From NCBI GenBank assembly GCA_047495785.1, contig JBLDXI010000003.1, forward strand, positions 1,488,001 through 1,552,000: a stretch of 64,000 nt of DNA. The letters run 5' to 3'. This DNA is from Lepidodermella squamata (Eukaryota > Animalia > Gastrotricha). Under the pieces are notes generated by a model that ran no database searches, was not told the origin of the DNA, and saw nothing but the letters and a program-made list of their open reading frames with translations. Made by a program: the position numbers and the translations under genes. Shown one piece after another: positions 13,832 to 26,899 of the stretch (its first letter is position 1; the number at the start of each line of letters is the position of its first letter).

Positions 13832-14229
13832 AAAAGTTGATCGTAAATGAAGACTGTTTTCTGGTATACTATGGCGCCCGCTCAGCGGGCGCCTGTTATT
13901 TTACTAGTTGAATATAGGTGAAGAGTGAAAAGTCAGTTCGCCATGTTAACAACGACACAATGCATGATGCTCTTTGTGTGATCTTTTTGCACAAATTATG
14001 AATCATCACTTGCAAAAATTCAGCGATTATTCATAATTATTAGCTCTTGTTCACACAAAGTTATGAGTTAACCCGACGAATAGACGAAGCACGGAATCGC
14101 CACGATGTACGACGACGAATAATTTCCCTTTTGTGAAAATTAAATTTTCAGGGTTTAATAAAAATTATTATTTTATTAATCTCTGAAATTTAGAAAATAT
14201 TAAAAATATTGATAAAGTTGATAAAGTCG

Positions 14230-15240
14230 AAAATTTAGCGAAACTTGTTAATGAAAACAAGCCTAGACAAGCCTGGCAGGCGGTGGTCATCAAAATTAGT
14301 GGCCGACGCCGCCAGCGTAAAATTGCCACATTGAATAATAACAGAGGTGTGGATGTGACGGACGACAAAGGTAAGGCCGAACTACTCGCCGAAACGTTTG
14401 GCAGCGTAGTGAAAGGTCCACCAGTCACCTCAATAACGAAACCTTACGACTTGAAATTCTGGCGTGACACAGAAGCCAAAATCGCCCGCAATGACGGTAT
14501 GCGTCAATTTAGTGCAATTTATTTCTAGGGCTCAAACGGTGAAAGTACCTAAATGGGCAGTTCGACAAATGCTCAAAAGCCTCGAATGGAAGCCCCCGGC
14601 CGCGATAATGTCTCAAATGTTTTGTCGAAACAGGGCGGCAAAAAGCTGGCATCCCACTTGCGCTACCTCTACCAGTTAAGCCTCAACAGTGGCTTAACAT
14701 GTCCCTATAGGGCGTGGGTATAGTCGCGATAGTCGCGATCATTGTACAAATTCTAAAAGATGGTAAGGATTCTTCGAGACTTGCGGATTCCTATCGACCT
14801 GTCTCCTTACTGCCTGCTATGAGTAAAGGACTTGAAATTATTCTTGCAAAATTCCTGTATCACTTTTTGGAAACCAGGAACCTTCTACCTCGCTATAGGT
14901 GCCTTCAATCTACCATCGACCCAGTGTTCAGATTCATTTCTGACATTGGATTTCGATTTCGAAACGGTACAAGCTGATAACGTTGCTTGTTTTCAAGGCT
15001 GCGTTTGATTGCAGCTCAACCCGACCAAGTGCGAGTCAATGATTTTCGGCCACTACGGACGCACGCCACCCTCTGCCGCCCTTGAGCTCTATGGCCAGCC
15101 GATCCCGCAGGTCAACCGAGTCCGTTACCTTGGCATTCACCTGACGCCTCAGCTGAGCTGGAACTACCACATAGCTACCACATGAAAGCTTTTGAGTAAT
15201 ATGGAGGCCGCTGCTTAGCGGCTGATCTTGACATGGCGGA
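14230..15240 (+). mobile_element. Degraded non-LTR (LINE) reverse transcriptase fragment
   Basis: KDGKD..SYRPVSLLPAMSKGLEIIL and LNPTKCESM..VRYLGIHLTPQLSWNYHI are typical LINE RT segments. Many stops, frameshifts and deletions. Confidence 0.85.
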
Positions 15241-16978
15241 GTATATCAAATACGCCGCCAAGATCGCACCTACCGCCGATCGCCGATGAAAAGCCCGTCA
15301 AAGTTTGGAGCAAAAATTCCCAGCCTGGCATTTGCGAAACAAAACCAGAACCGAAGTAATCTCAGCAGACAACCGCGTATGCCTGGATATCGAATGCTAA
15401 GAACGAAATCAACGAAGAATCAACAGAAATTAACGAAAAACGGCATGAAGAAAAGAGAAAAATCATGTGTAAAGATCTTGTTTTATAATCAACATAGAGA
15501 TGAATCATCTGACCATCTGGCGCCCATGGCTTACACCTTTTTTCACGCTAGTGGGCGATCTATACTGATTTATATCTATGTATTGAGCCTTCTGGCTCTC
15601 AAGGGTCCGATTGAAATATGCTATCTGTTAGATTTTTTTATCATCAGCACTTCTACATTTAATGCATGCGTCTTTCCGAAATAAAATTTGTCGATGGTTG
15701 TATTGCCAACAGTAAAGAAAACCGCCGGGAAACATGATATTAACAACAACATCGCAGCGAATTTAAACACCTGCTTGGAAAGTACGCTGGGCAACGAAAC
15801 AAGCTGATATAAACTTTAAAATATGTTTTACTACGAACTCTACGAACTCTACGAAGTTCACACGCAGTATCAGGCCCTGTGTCGTCGTTGCTGTCGTGTT
15901 CGGAAGAGTAAGGGAAGAATAGATGACTGACCAAGCAAGAAATCATCAGTGAAACCCAATAAATCAACTGAAATGAGACTTGATGAACTACAGATTATAT
16001 TCAAATGAGGATTTTGATGAATATTCCAAAATTGATCACATAGTATTGCCGTGCGCTTAATGTTACTGGGAACTATTCGCCTAGCTTTAGATCGTCTAAG
16101 ATTTAAATTCTTGTTCGCCGTTCTCTGTTCATGCTAAACACCCGTCATTATGGGCCGAAATACTCGAAAGTTGTAGAATCAACTGCCGGTTTATCAGTTA
16201 GAGACGGCTCGAGCATCTCCTGATCCACTCGTATACAATTAGCCATTGTCTTTTACAGTGTGTCCAAGAAAATGTGAGTTTAAGATTTTTCCCTAGCCTT
16301 TTCATCAATCCGTTTCAACAGGACCTTCGCATATTTGTTTGTTGAGACATTTTGCCTCAACAATTTATTCAAACGGATGTAGCCTCGTGGAAAAACTCCT
16401 CGGTATGATAAATGGCAAGTAAAAAATCTTAAACCTAAATTTTCTTGGACGCACTGCTCCTTTGTATTAGGGATAAGCAAAACTATACACGCCCACGCAG
16501 GGTGCGTTCTTGGATCCTGGAGCTGCCAGGGATGAAAACAAAATGTGTGCACTATTGGCCAAAGTGACAAGTGATTTCAACTAAATGGCGAGCGAGGCGA
16601 GGAAATTGTGAAGATTCACACTAAAGCACCTTCCGAATTGACAAAGTCGCGGGCTAAATTTCCATTTTCTTGTCCGGTCTAACAGACTTATAGCAAAGCT
16701 GCGCAAAAACGTGTTTTCACCCAGAGGTTTTCACATTTTTCAAGCCATCGGATAATTTCGCGAAATATCTAATGTCTCCACACATTCGAGTTCAGTCATT
16801 GTCCAGGGTTGGTAGAGAAAAAAAGCCTGTTTATTTGCTTTGATGCCGGGTGTGCGAGGGTGTTCGCGTGGCTGACTCTTCATAAGGAAGGCAGTTAACA
16901 GCTCTTAATGCACTTCTCAACTTATTTCTTTGACAATTTCTTCTGTTCGCTTCCGAAAACACTGTGTTTTGGTGGAAA

Positions 16979-17404
16979 ATGCTGCGATGTGTAATTTTCG
17001 CTCTTGTCGTAAGTTCTTGCACTGATGAATGAGCTCGTTTTCAATTGCGTTTTCACCGCTATAAGGTCAGCGTCGTTCTTAGCGATATTCTATCCGAGGA
17101 AATCCAGAAGCCAGGAGAAGCAGCCAGAGCCATATTATACCGTCCAAACTCACCCGGGAAGACGGTTCAGGTGTCCTTCAGAGTCAGAGAGGCAGCCAGA
17201 GCCATATTAAACCGTCCAAACTCACCCGGGAAGACGGTTCAGGTGTCCTTCAGAGTCAGAGAGGCAGCCAGAGCCATATTAAACCGTCCAAACTCACCCG
17301 GGAAGACGGTTCAGGTGTCCTTCAGAGTCAGAGAGGCAGCCAGAGCCATATTAAACCGTCCAAACTCACCCGGGAAGACGGTTCAGGTGTCCTTCAGAGT
17401 CTGA
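16979..17404 (+). CDS. Secreted 'SFRV' peptide precursor copy A (4 x 22-aa repeat)
   Basis: Signal MLRCVIFALV|VSVVLS split by one intron, then four 66-bp units EAARAIL[YN]RPNSPGKTVQVSFRV(R). Stop directly after the last SFRV. Confidence 0.8.
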
Positions 17405-17947
17405 AATTTCTTAGATGAAATCAATGTGCAGAGGTCGATGGTTGCTTGTTTGATGGTATAAGCGTTGAATTGCTAAGCCCAAGTGAGAAGTTAATGATTT
17501 GCAAGCGTGCTTTATGATATTCCTGATGAAATATGAAACAAACCTTATTCACAGTAAACTTTAATCAATTAAAAATGCGTTGATAGTGAGATTAATCTAC
17601 CTTCGGCTTTATTGACATGCAGTCCAGCATGATTAAACGCGACATGTAAATATTTAGACCCGCAGAATTACACGCAAAACTACCTAGATTTCCCGTCAGG
17701 ATTTTCGTGGAAACGCAGAAGACGTGAAATCGGGGTTACACTGTAATAATAATATTAATTAATTACGCCATAGCTGATAAGCATTTTAATTGCCATCATT
17801 TGTCAGCTCTCTACAAATTGAAAGAACTTGCAATCTGATCTGAAACTGCTTGTTGGCAATGATTTCGCGTAAAATTGAACAAACCCATGCTACTATGTGT
17901 TCTTCGCCCAGAGGTTTTAACCCTTTTACGCCAGTCTGGACACTTTC

Positions 17948-18110
17948 GAGTTCAGTAATTGTCCAGGGTTGGTAGAGAAAAACTCATCGGTAGGTTGCTT
18001 ATTTGTTTTGATGCCGGGTGCGCGAGGGAGATCGCGTGGCTGACCTGGCTGAGGCTATAAAAGGAAGACGGTTAGCAGCTCCTAATTCATTTCCTCAACT
18101 CATTTCTCTG
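17948..18110 (+). promoter_or_regulatory. Conserved upstream/core promoter block of the SFRV gene family
   Basis: Block (GTTCAGTAATTGTCCAGGGTTG...TTTGATGCCGGGTGCGCG...TATAAAAGGAAG) recurs upstream of all four copies (~16.79, 17.95, 23.03, 29.52 kb). A TATA-like box lies ~90-100 bp before the ATG. Confidence 0.6.
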
Positions 18111-18234
18111 GAAATACCTTTTTTTCGAAAACTTACTTTTTGTTAGATAATGCTGCGCTGTTTAGCTTTCGCACTTTTCGTAAGTTTTAGCATTTGTGAA
18201 TGGATAACTGAATGGTTTTTCATGCATTTTACTA

Positions 18235-19164
18235 CAGTATGGGGCATAAAGATTGAGCCGACTTTATTTATTTACAGCGCAGTCATTTCGGCTCTGATTT
18301 TCAAATATCTTATACCGTTGAAAAGCTCATGAAAAATAGTTTATTCCCCTAACAGTTTGCTTATGGGATCCATACCGAATCGAATCTATAGCAAGTTTAA
18401 GACGTCGAGCTGATTGCTCAGCATCACGTAACTTTATTTTATAACCAAGCGAGTTTTGAGCTCCATTGAGCTCTAAAAAGTCCCTATTTCAACTGGGCTA
18501 GCTGTAAAATGACCCAAATAGTCATGAATCTGACGAAAAAGGTCATTTTTAGCCACATTTTGTGGCAGAAGAGACTTGCGCAAGCATGCTACGGATAACA
18601 AGCTTTAGCTTTTTTCAATTGCTTGCGAGCTTGCTACGTGTTGTCGTAGGCTTTATTTGATGCCAAAGTTGTCGAATTAATTTTTTAAGTTGACTTCTAA
18701 CCCTCTGAGTGAAAACAGATCTATCTGCTGTTCATCACTGGACTGGGGTCTCGCTTATTTGGCTAATATTGGGGGGTGTGTGCCTATATGGTATACCTTC
18801 TCTTTATCGCATCATCGTGTCGCAATGGGGCATATATTAATGTCCTAAATCATTGCCAGAGATGCGTGGAGCATGCAGGGATAGCTATGTGTCAATTTTT
18901 TAGGGTTCGGGAGCGTCCAGAGTTTGCCTCCGATACGTACGAAAACTAGAATTTAAATTTTTGAAAGATGGTGATTTTTGTGCGATCAACTCGTCTTCTT
19001 AAATTTGCTATTACTTGGATTCGATCCGGATCCCCTGAGCGAAAATTTAGCGGAATAAACTATTTTTCATGGGCTTTCCAACGGTATAAGATATTTGAAA
19101 ATCAGAGCCGAAATGACTGCGCTGTAAATAAATAAAGTCGGCTCAATCTTTATGCCCCATACTG
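18235..19164. mobile_element. Tc1/mariner-type non-autonomous element (MITE)
   Basis: ~110-bp terminal inverted repeats starting CAGTATGGGGCATAAAGATTGAGCCGAC, TA duplication on both sides. Sits in the intron of SFRV copy B. Confidence 0.92.
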
Positions 19165-19482
19165 TACAATAAGGTTGGAGTCGTTTTAAGCGATGTTCTC
19201 TCGTAGCAGAGCCGCGCCCCTTCGGCTGCTAAACCTAAGGCGACTGTACCACGCCCGGCCTCCGCACCGCAGCCGTCAAGACCCAAACCTGCTGTTCCTT
19301 CTAAATTGCCCTTTGCCAAATCTCCATCTCGTCCGGAGTCGCTAAAAGACAAAACTGCAAAACCTCAGAAGCCACGGGAGAAAAGCCGAGCTGCGCTTCA
19401 TAGGCACCACGATAAACCGGTCGGCGTTTCTTTCAGAGTGCGCAGGTCGATTCAGAGGCACCACGATAAACCGGTCGGTGTT

Positions 19483-21583
19483 CCTGCCCAGTTGGTTATT
19501 TTTTGCCTAGACGGAAAAAGTGATTCTGCCCGATGTTTCTGCCCGCTGTTTCTGCCCGCTCAAACGATTAGGGTGGATTTTTTATTTTCGAAAATCAATT
19601 AATGCTCTCGAAAATTCGGGAAAACCTCTCACCTGAAATAATGTTGCACAACTTCAATTTCCGTTCCCAGTCCCTTTACTACAACCTTCAGACTCTGACC
19701 AAACGAGTGAACAAGTGAATAACCTTTATTAGAATGTTTAAACTTTAAAACAAGTGTTTGGGCCGGATTAATTGTTAATAACGACGGAGCAATTCGAGAA
19801 ATTGAAGATCGGCATGGGTTTAGCTTGCTTTACGGGTGGCTCATCGCGCGGGTCATTTTCGACGTTTCGAAGCAGCAGCGTTTGCGAGAAATGCGACTCG
19901 GCCACCACCAATCCTTCGGTTGGCTTGATCTCTTGTGCAGACACACCCGAAACTGCAGCTGATTGTCCATCACCGAAACCGACAGCCAGTTTGTCGCTGA
20001 TACTTCGTCGTTCAGAGGTGTTGAGTTTGTGGTAACTGTTCAGAGAATCGACCGATGCATGACCAGTAATCTGGATGATCTTTCGAGAATCGACACCGAG
20101 TTCAGAGAGGGTTGAGACGAGAAACTTTCGAGCCGAGTGGTTCGTGATTCGTTTGGTAATACCAGCACCGACAGCGGCGTCCTTGAGGAGCGATCCAAGG
20201 GGGTTCTTGCCCAAATTTTGGCATTTGTAGAAGAGGCCGTCGGGTCGAAATCGGGTCAGGCAACCAACATACATTGGGTCACTCGGGCGCGAAAACTTTC
20301 CCGGTCGTTTTGCACAAAAAATAAGGAACAATCGAACCGGGCAGAAAAAGCCACCGTTCTCGTATGCTCGTGGTGCCAGTTTTGAGTGGGTTGATTCGCC
20401 ATTCCTGGTTTTAGTCTGTCGCTCGTTGAATTCGAGATACCTGCGACCTCCAGATTCGGTTTTTAGCTGGACATCACCAAACCTGAAAATGGCCAATTTA
20501 ACAATTTTTCAATGGCAATCCAACAACCTACTTTATTTGTAGATGTTCATCACGGCCACGAAGACCGAAATACACGGTGAAAACCAGCCACAGCATCGTG
20601 ATCAAACCGATTGGCGTGTCATCAGTCAGCGTTTTCGCCTCACGCATTTTATCAATATCTTCTCGTTCTAGGCATTCAGATGCTCGGGCTTTATTTCCCT
20701 TTCCAGCACGCTTAGATTCGACAAACTTGGATTTCAGCATTTTCATGCTATAGAAGAAATCGACTCTCGCCATGGTGAAGTTGATTTCGTTCTTCGTCAC
20801 ATCGCGGAGATGGCGAATGATGGAGGAATAAATGCCTCGAATCGTTGTCGGCTCCATCGCGCTACCATCAGTCTTCGTCAACTGCTTGAGAAAAAGAGCG
20901 ACATAGAGATCCATATCCTTGACCGTAAGTTCAACTAATAGTTGCTCCGAAATGTGGAATCGCTGCTCGACAAATGCGACAAATCGGCTCCAGTGCTGCT
21001 TGGTTTTCTGAGCTGTGCCGTTTGCTTCAAAACCAGCCACGAAATTTTCGACTTCTTGAATGAACTCCGACGTATCACCCTCTTCATCGGATTCTTCTTC
21101 TTCGATATCAGCATCAAGTTCTCGTTCGAGAAGTCGAATTGGATCGGATTCTTCGCGCTGTTTCACTTCCATGGAGCCGTCAGCGAGAGCACCGAGGCCC
21201 AGGTCGCCAATATCAAAAGTGATCTCCATTGAAAATTCGACGGAAATTCGCAATATTCAATTGATAATAAAACAAGGAAATGAACAACGAACAAAAAAAA
21301 TTCAAAAAAAAATTTGCTACAAATTTTAAGCTGGATTTCTTATTTTCGTTATTAACAACGGTCATCTTTCATACGCACTATACACCATTCCCCATTTTCA
21401 CTCGTCCGAGTGTCGGATTAACGAAAATAACCAACTGGGAAGGAACAGGAACTCTTCCCTTGTGTCTCGGGCAAAACCTCGAATTCAGCCCTTGAAAATA
21501 CCCTCGGGCTTCGCTTCGCTGCGCTCCGCTACGCCCTCGGGCATTTTCAGCGGGCAGAATTCTCGGTTCTGCCCTCCTTAATT
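19483..21583 (-). mobile_element. Crypton DNA transposon
   Basis: Boundaries defined by interruption of the SFRV repeat. Encodes a tyrosine recombinase, has no TIRs, and has a GC-rich palindrome near 21495-21550. Confidence 0.8.
19768..21253 (-). CDS. Crypton tyrosine recombinase (DUF3504-type), 2 exons
   Basis: GLRGRDEH, ERQTKTRNG, CPV, TNHSAR and ITGHASVDSLNSY give the full R-H-R-H-Y set. The two ORFs join in frame through a GT-AG intron at ~20484-20532 (IK|FGD). Confidence 0.88.
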
Positions 21584-23241
21584 TCTTTCAGGGTTTAACA
21601 CAGGATATGGATTGCGCAAGAAAACGTCAAATTATTCAAGCTTTGTTGTGGGGTATTATTGCTGCTATTTCGAAAATTAGCTCGAAACGGTCTGGATGAA
21701 TGTTGTGTGAATAGTTTGAAGCTTGCTTAATAGTAAACTTTAACTGCAAAGCCAAAGTGAGAAGTAGATGGTTTGCAAGCTTGTTTGATTATATTAATGC
21801 TGATGTATGAAATAAACATTGAACAAGCACAAAGCAGCCTCATGCAAATTAAATCTAATGGCCAACCGTGAATGGATTTGCTCATAATGTCATCAATTTA
21901 TTGAAACTTCATTGAAAACCCTTGAGGCCAGAAGCTCTGCGAGTTCGATCAAAGCGAGCAACTTTTTTTCAAAATTGATATAAAAAAGCTCTGCCCATCG
22001 GCCGATAAATTGATCATTAAAGCCAGTTTCACAAATCAGAAACGCCCCTTGTATAATTTTCCAACGCTTGTAAGAAAATATGGGGGCATAAGGGTCCACC
22101 CGTGGGATTTTTCTCGTTGAAGTTTTCGTGTGGAAAATTCATTTCTTAAAACTTAAAACTATAAAAAATGTCGATGATTGTATTGCTAAAAGTAAATAAA
22201 ACCGCCGGAGAAGACGAAGCGAATTTAAACACCTGCTTGCACAATTCTTGCACACCATATCTGATGCTGCGAGTGCATTCAAGTTCTTAGTGAAACAAAT
22301 ATTGTAGTTGAGTAGGCATTGAGAAAAATAGCTGAAGGACGATGCAATAAGGCACCTATGAACACGCTAAATAAGACTAGTATAGTTGAACTAAGAAGAA
22401 ACCTTCAATAGAGCTTTAGAATTAACAAAAAATAAAGTTATATAAAAATTTAGCCAATACATGACAAAGAAAGTGTTTGTACTCTCCGAACTCTAATGAA
22501 GAGATCGTTTTGAGAAAACAGGTTCGCCCTGTTAGTCACCAAAGATCTTCCTCCCCCGTCTTATGACAGGGTGACCTAGGTGATCATCGATCATCCTAAC
22601 TTGCCATTCAAGCTCGTCAAATGACTTCAGGCGGTTATGATCTCTCAAAAAGATCTTTCATTTCTAAATCCCGTGCGGAAAACACAAATATCAATATATG
22701 AAGCTTCCAAGTGTCACGGTTAAAGATCCAGAGAGGTCACACAGATGACTCAAGATCATCCTCTAGCGGGGTGCTAAGGCGCCGGAGAAGGAAAAAGTAG
22801 ACTTTTCTGTCCTCTAGTTTATATGACGGTTTTAGGTGGTAATTCGACCATTCGATTCCATTCGACTATTGCCCCGCGCCAACAAAAATTGACAGCGATT
22901 TCGCATACCATGGAACAAAACTTGTTTTCACCCTTCGGCCGAAGGTTTTAACGCTTTTTAAGCCAGCTATTTCAAAGGAATAATTATATCGTATTATTTC
23001 TCGAAAGATCTAATGTCTCGATACTTTCGAGTTCAGTAATTTCTCAGGGCTGTTAGAGAAAAAAAACGCCTCCACATCGGCTGTTTATTTGCTTTGATGC
23101 CGGGTGCGCGTGGAAATTCTTGTAGCTGGCCTGGATGAGACTTTAAAAGGAAGGCAGTTAGCAGCGCCTAATTCACTTCTCAACTTTTTTCTTTGTAAAT
23201 TTCTTCTGTTCTTTTCTGAAAATTCACCCTTTTGCAAGAAA

Positions 23242-23519
23242 ATGATGCGCTGTGTTATTATCGCACTTATCGTAAGTTCTTGCGCTTGTGAATGAGCCTG
23301 TTTTCTATTGCGTTTTCACCATACAATAAGGTCGGCGTCGTTCTTAGCGATGTTCTATCTGAGCAAATCCAGGAGCCAGGAGAAGCAGCCAGAGCCGTAT
23401 TGTTCCGTCCTCATAAAGCGAAACCAGTTCAGTTGTCTTTCAGAGTCAGAGAGGCAGCAAGAGCCGTATTGTTCCGTCCTCATAAAGCGAAACCAGTTCA
23501 GTTGTCTTTCCGAGTCTGA
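23242..23519 (+). CDS. Secreted SFRV peptide precursor copy C (2 repeats)
   Basis: MMRCVIIALI|VGVVLSDVLSEQIQEPGEAAR-AVLFRPHKAKPVQLSFRV-REAAR-AVLFRPHKAKPVQLSFRV*. Same intron position as copy A. Confidence 0.8.
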
Positions 23520-24653
23520 AATTTCCTGGATAAATTAAATGAAGAATTTGCAATGCGCTAAATCGTGACCGTGAATTGCAATGCCAAAGTGAGAAGTTGA
23601 TGGTTTGCAAACTTATTGGATGATTGTATTCTTGATGAAATATTAAATAAACTATATCCGCAAGCACATTACTGACGTTTGTTATCACTGTACATCTACC
23701 ACTGTTAACGTTCGATCACATGGCATTTGGTTAACTTATACTTATAGTAAACTTTTAATTAACTTGAGCTTAGCTGCTAGTTATTTCTCGATCACACCCA
23801 TCATATCATGTCTAGTCAACGAGGTCAAGGTCATTCACCGCGAAATTTTTATCACGCATCAGTCATAAGTGCCGATCAGATGATTTTTATGTTTATCGAT
23901 CAGATATCGATCGATTTATCGATAATCGATAATATTGCGATTTTATGCTGATATCAGTGATACTTGGTTATTTTCATGCGATGAACTCAAAAATCACCAT
24001 GAAATTGGACCAATCATCACCCGAATCATGGAAATCAATCACCGATAATCGATAATCGATAATCGATAACTATCCAAAGTGCTATGGTCTATGACTGTTT
24101 CTAGGGGTATTTTAGTGCGCTGATTCGATTGCGCGCGTCAAAAATCTGATACCTGGCTGCGTTTCCATTCTATTAGTGAAAAACATGAATTATCTGTACG
24201 TCACAAAGCAAATTTCTCTGTACGTCACGGCGTTATTAATTTTTTGACGGCTTACCAAGGCAGCTAGCCAATATTGAGTTTCAAAATATGAAAACCTGGG
24301 TCATTACGCGTATGCCTGATTTTTGGCGCAGGGACTGAGCGATATTTGAGGGCTAGGCTGCTAGCCAAAATAGGGTCAGTTTAGGATTGCTCGACTTTCT
24401 CTGTACGTCACGGCGACTTTGCCCTCTGGCGCTGTCTTGAAAACTAGCGTTACATAGCAGGACAACAGCGCAGGACACTCGAAAAATATTCAGGAGTAAA
24501 ACGAGTGCTCATTTGCGTTCTTAGCATGCATAGTTTTTACATAATGCCTCTTTGACCAATCGCAGGTGGGTGTGTCACCTCTGTACGGCACGCGTGGCGG
24601 CACCCAAATCAGAAATAAAAATGCAGTTCTGTAAAATTGGAATTAAACAATCA

Positions 24654-24725
24654 AGGTCCCATCGAGAATCAAACTCGAGTCGCTGGATTCAGAGTCCATA
24701 GTGCTAACCGCTACACCATGGAACC
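24654..24725 (-). tRNA. tRNA-Gln(CTG), probably pseudogene copy
   Basis: Near-identical to the 30967 copy but with T-loop GTTTGA instead of GTTCGA and a changed anticodon-stem base. Confidence 0.8.
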
Positions 24726-24904
24726 TGTGATCAGGTTGACTGTACTCGTTAAGGCTTATTATATTCAAGCTGTTACAACAACAGGCCGTGACTTCATAAC
24801 CTTGTTATCTCCACATCTCCGTTTTCACATCAGCATGAAGCATTGTTGATGAAATACTTAATGCCATTAACAAGACCTTAAAGCCGGTCTCATATTCAAG
24901 CAAG

Positions 24905-24975
24905 GCATCGGTGGTTCAGTGGTAGAATTCTCGCCTGCCACGCGGGAGGCCCGGGTTCGATTCCCGGCCGATGCA
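24905..24975 (+). tRNA. tRNA-Gly(GCC)
   Basis: GCATCGGTGGTTCAGTGGTAGAATTCTCGCCTGCCACGCGGGAGGCCCGGGTTCGATTCCCGGCCGATGCA, canonical cloverleaf. Confidence 0.97.
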
Positions 24976-26899
24976 AGCTATAATGTTTTTATCTCCCATT
25001 TTTTCTTCCATTTTTTCACAATTTTAGCCAGAATACAGTGCACCGCCGTTATCTGCAACCCGCTATCTGCCCACACCCGTTAGCAGTCACCGATTTGTGG
25101 ACCCCGCTAAATAAATTAGTTGTGAATGTTTAATTAAAACATAATTATTTTGATTAATTAAAAAATTAAGTGTGATAAAATGCCAACCTAGTGACACGTG
25201 TTTGAAGTTATTTTCAGTTAAGAGTGGACGCTCTAATTGACAATAAACACATTGCTGAATGATCACTGCTTCAAGCTTCAAGTCGTCTCAAAAAATGCAG
25301 TTACGCAACATTGATAAAATTAGAAATTTCTTTCTCTCAGTTCTTGTTATTTTTATTCTTCCAAATCCAAGTTATTGCCTGTTATTACTACGTTTCAAAT
25401 GTTTACACTCTAGTTTCCTAAATATTGCTACCGATAGGTTTTACTCATCGTCCATCGTCGGATTTAATATGCATTTAGCGCATATGTAAGTTATACCAAC
25501 TATACACAGGTTCTTAAAACCGCGCTGACAACTAACCACTATGATAAACCAGGCGAAAATGTCTCTAAAGGACTTCGCCTCGCTTAGAGAGTAGACGGAG
25601 ATATATCAATCTGAGGTTAAACCATGGGTTGAGGTTTGAATTAGTAATTGAGTTTCTTTATCGCTGAATTTTTTATCTTCACCGAAAGTGGATTGTCATT
25701 TGTCTCATGCTGTTCATCTTTCTAAATAAAGATTCTTATCAGTTATCTATATCGATGATCATTAGCCAGAATCATGAAAGCAGAGCCTAGCAGAGGCCAG
25801 GCGTCTTGAAGTTAATTCCTCAGATCTACTGACGATCTAGACTTCAGGTTTCCTGCTAATTTTTCCTCCTTTTAATTTCTTCTAATTTTGACTTTGAATA
25901 TTGCAACATCCCGAGGAGCCGAAGGCTCTGCCAAAAATGTTTCCGTTTGATCCTCTCCTTTATTGTTTCTAGATTCATGTCATGACTTGAAATAGCTAGC
26001 TATCGCTTCGGCTTTCCGCTTCTCTCGCTTTAAGATTTTGTGAATTTTTTTTTTAACCATGAGCGTGACACATGCCCCGAAATCTGCTCTATCCATAGAT
26101 ATAGTTCAGTATAATATGTCTATGTTCAGTATAGATCGCCCTCTAGCGTGAAAAAGGGTGTACGCCATGCGCGCCAGATGGTCAGCTGACTATATTGATT
26201 CTGATTTCATACTACATAATTAAATGTTGGTGGGGTAGGTGTGCATTTTTAACGTTGTGCGATAAGTGTTAGCTAAATTCAGTATTTTGTTGATTAATTA
26301 AATAGTTGAGCGGCTTTTAATCTAATTTCTTCATTTATTCGGCTAAACCACTGTCTTTGATGCCCAAATCCCCCTTAGAAACCCCGGAGGATCAAAAATT
26401 CTACGGCGGATCAGATGGCTTTTTCAGAATTATTTCAATCATTCTTTTGAAGATAATTGAGGACTGGGGTTTTTTTATATTTTTTTTTACTTTATTTTCT
26501 AATCAACCTAACCATTTTTCGACTATAATCTACTCCAGCCCGTGTAATACATCTACTGCTATTACACCAGCATCTACTAATCTATAACCTACTGCAGATT
26601 TTGACCTAGAATCGCGTGGTGTAGTTCATTTTTGGATGGGAGTGACAGATACGAGGATAATTAAGAAGCCTCAATTACGTCTACCAAACATTATAACCGC
26701 CGGTTAACCGAGAATAACCGAAGTACGCTCGAAAAGCATCGTAACCGAACCGAACCGAACCAGAAGCTTAGAATTTGTACCCGAGGCATCTCTAAGTGCA
26801 ACCACCTACCGCCGGTGAGGCTCGACGCTCACTAGAAACCGCCTTTCGCTTTATTTTGTCTGCGGTGAAACTAACAGGATTATTTCACTGTCATTGTGT

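Larger units (their letters stand above)
8093..13907 (+). mobile_element. Full-length Helitron
   Basis: 5' A|TC at 8092-8094, 3' hairpin GGCGCCCGCTCAGCGGGCGCC (13873-13893) and CTAG|T (13904-13908). The flanks rejoin into a repeat seen without the element at ~27.06-27.19 kb. Confidence 0.92.
18150..21598 (+). pseudogene. SFRV precursor copy B, disrupted by a MITE, a premature stop and a Crypton
   Basis: Signal exon at 18150, exon 2 from ~19174 with TAG where paralogues have GAG. The last peptide KPVGV|SFRV* is split by an insertion and resumes as TCTTTCAGGGTTTAA at 21584. Confidence 0.8.

Noticed and set aside
23860-24600. ATCGAT-rich and CTGTACGTCAC-repeated region as a regulatory array
   Set aside because: Looks like subterminal repeats of decayed DNA transposons. 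Boundaries could not be defined.
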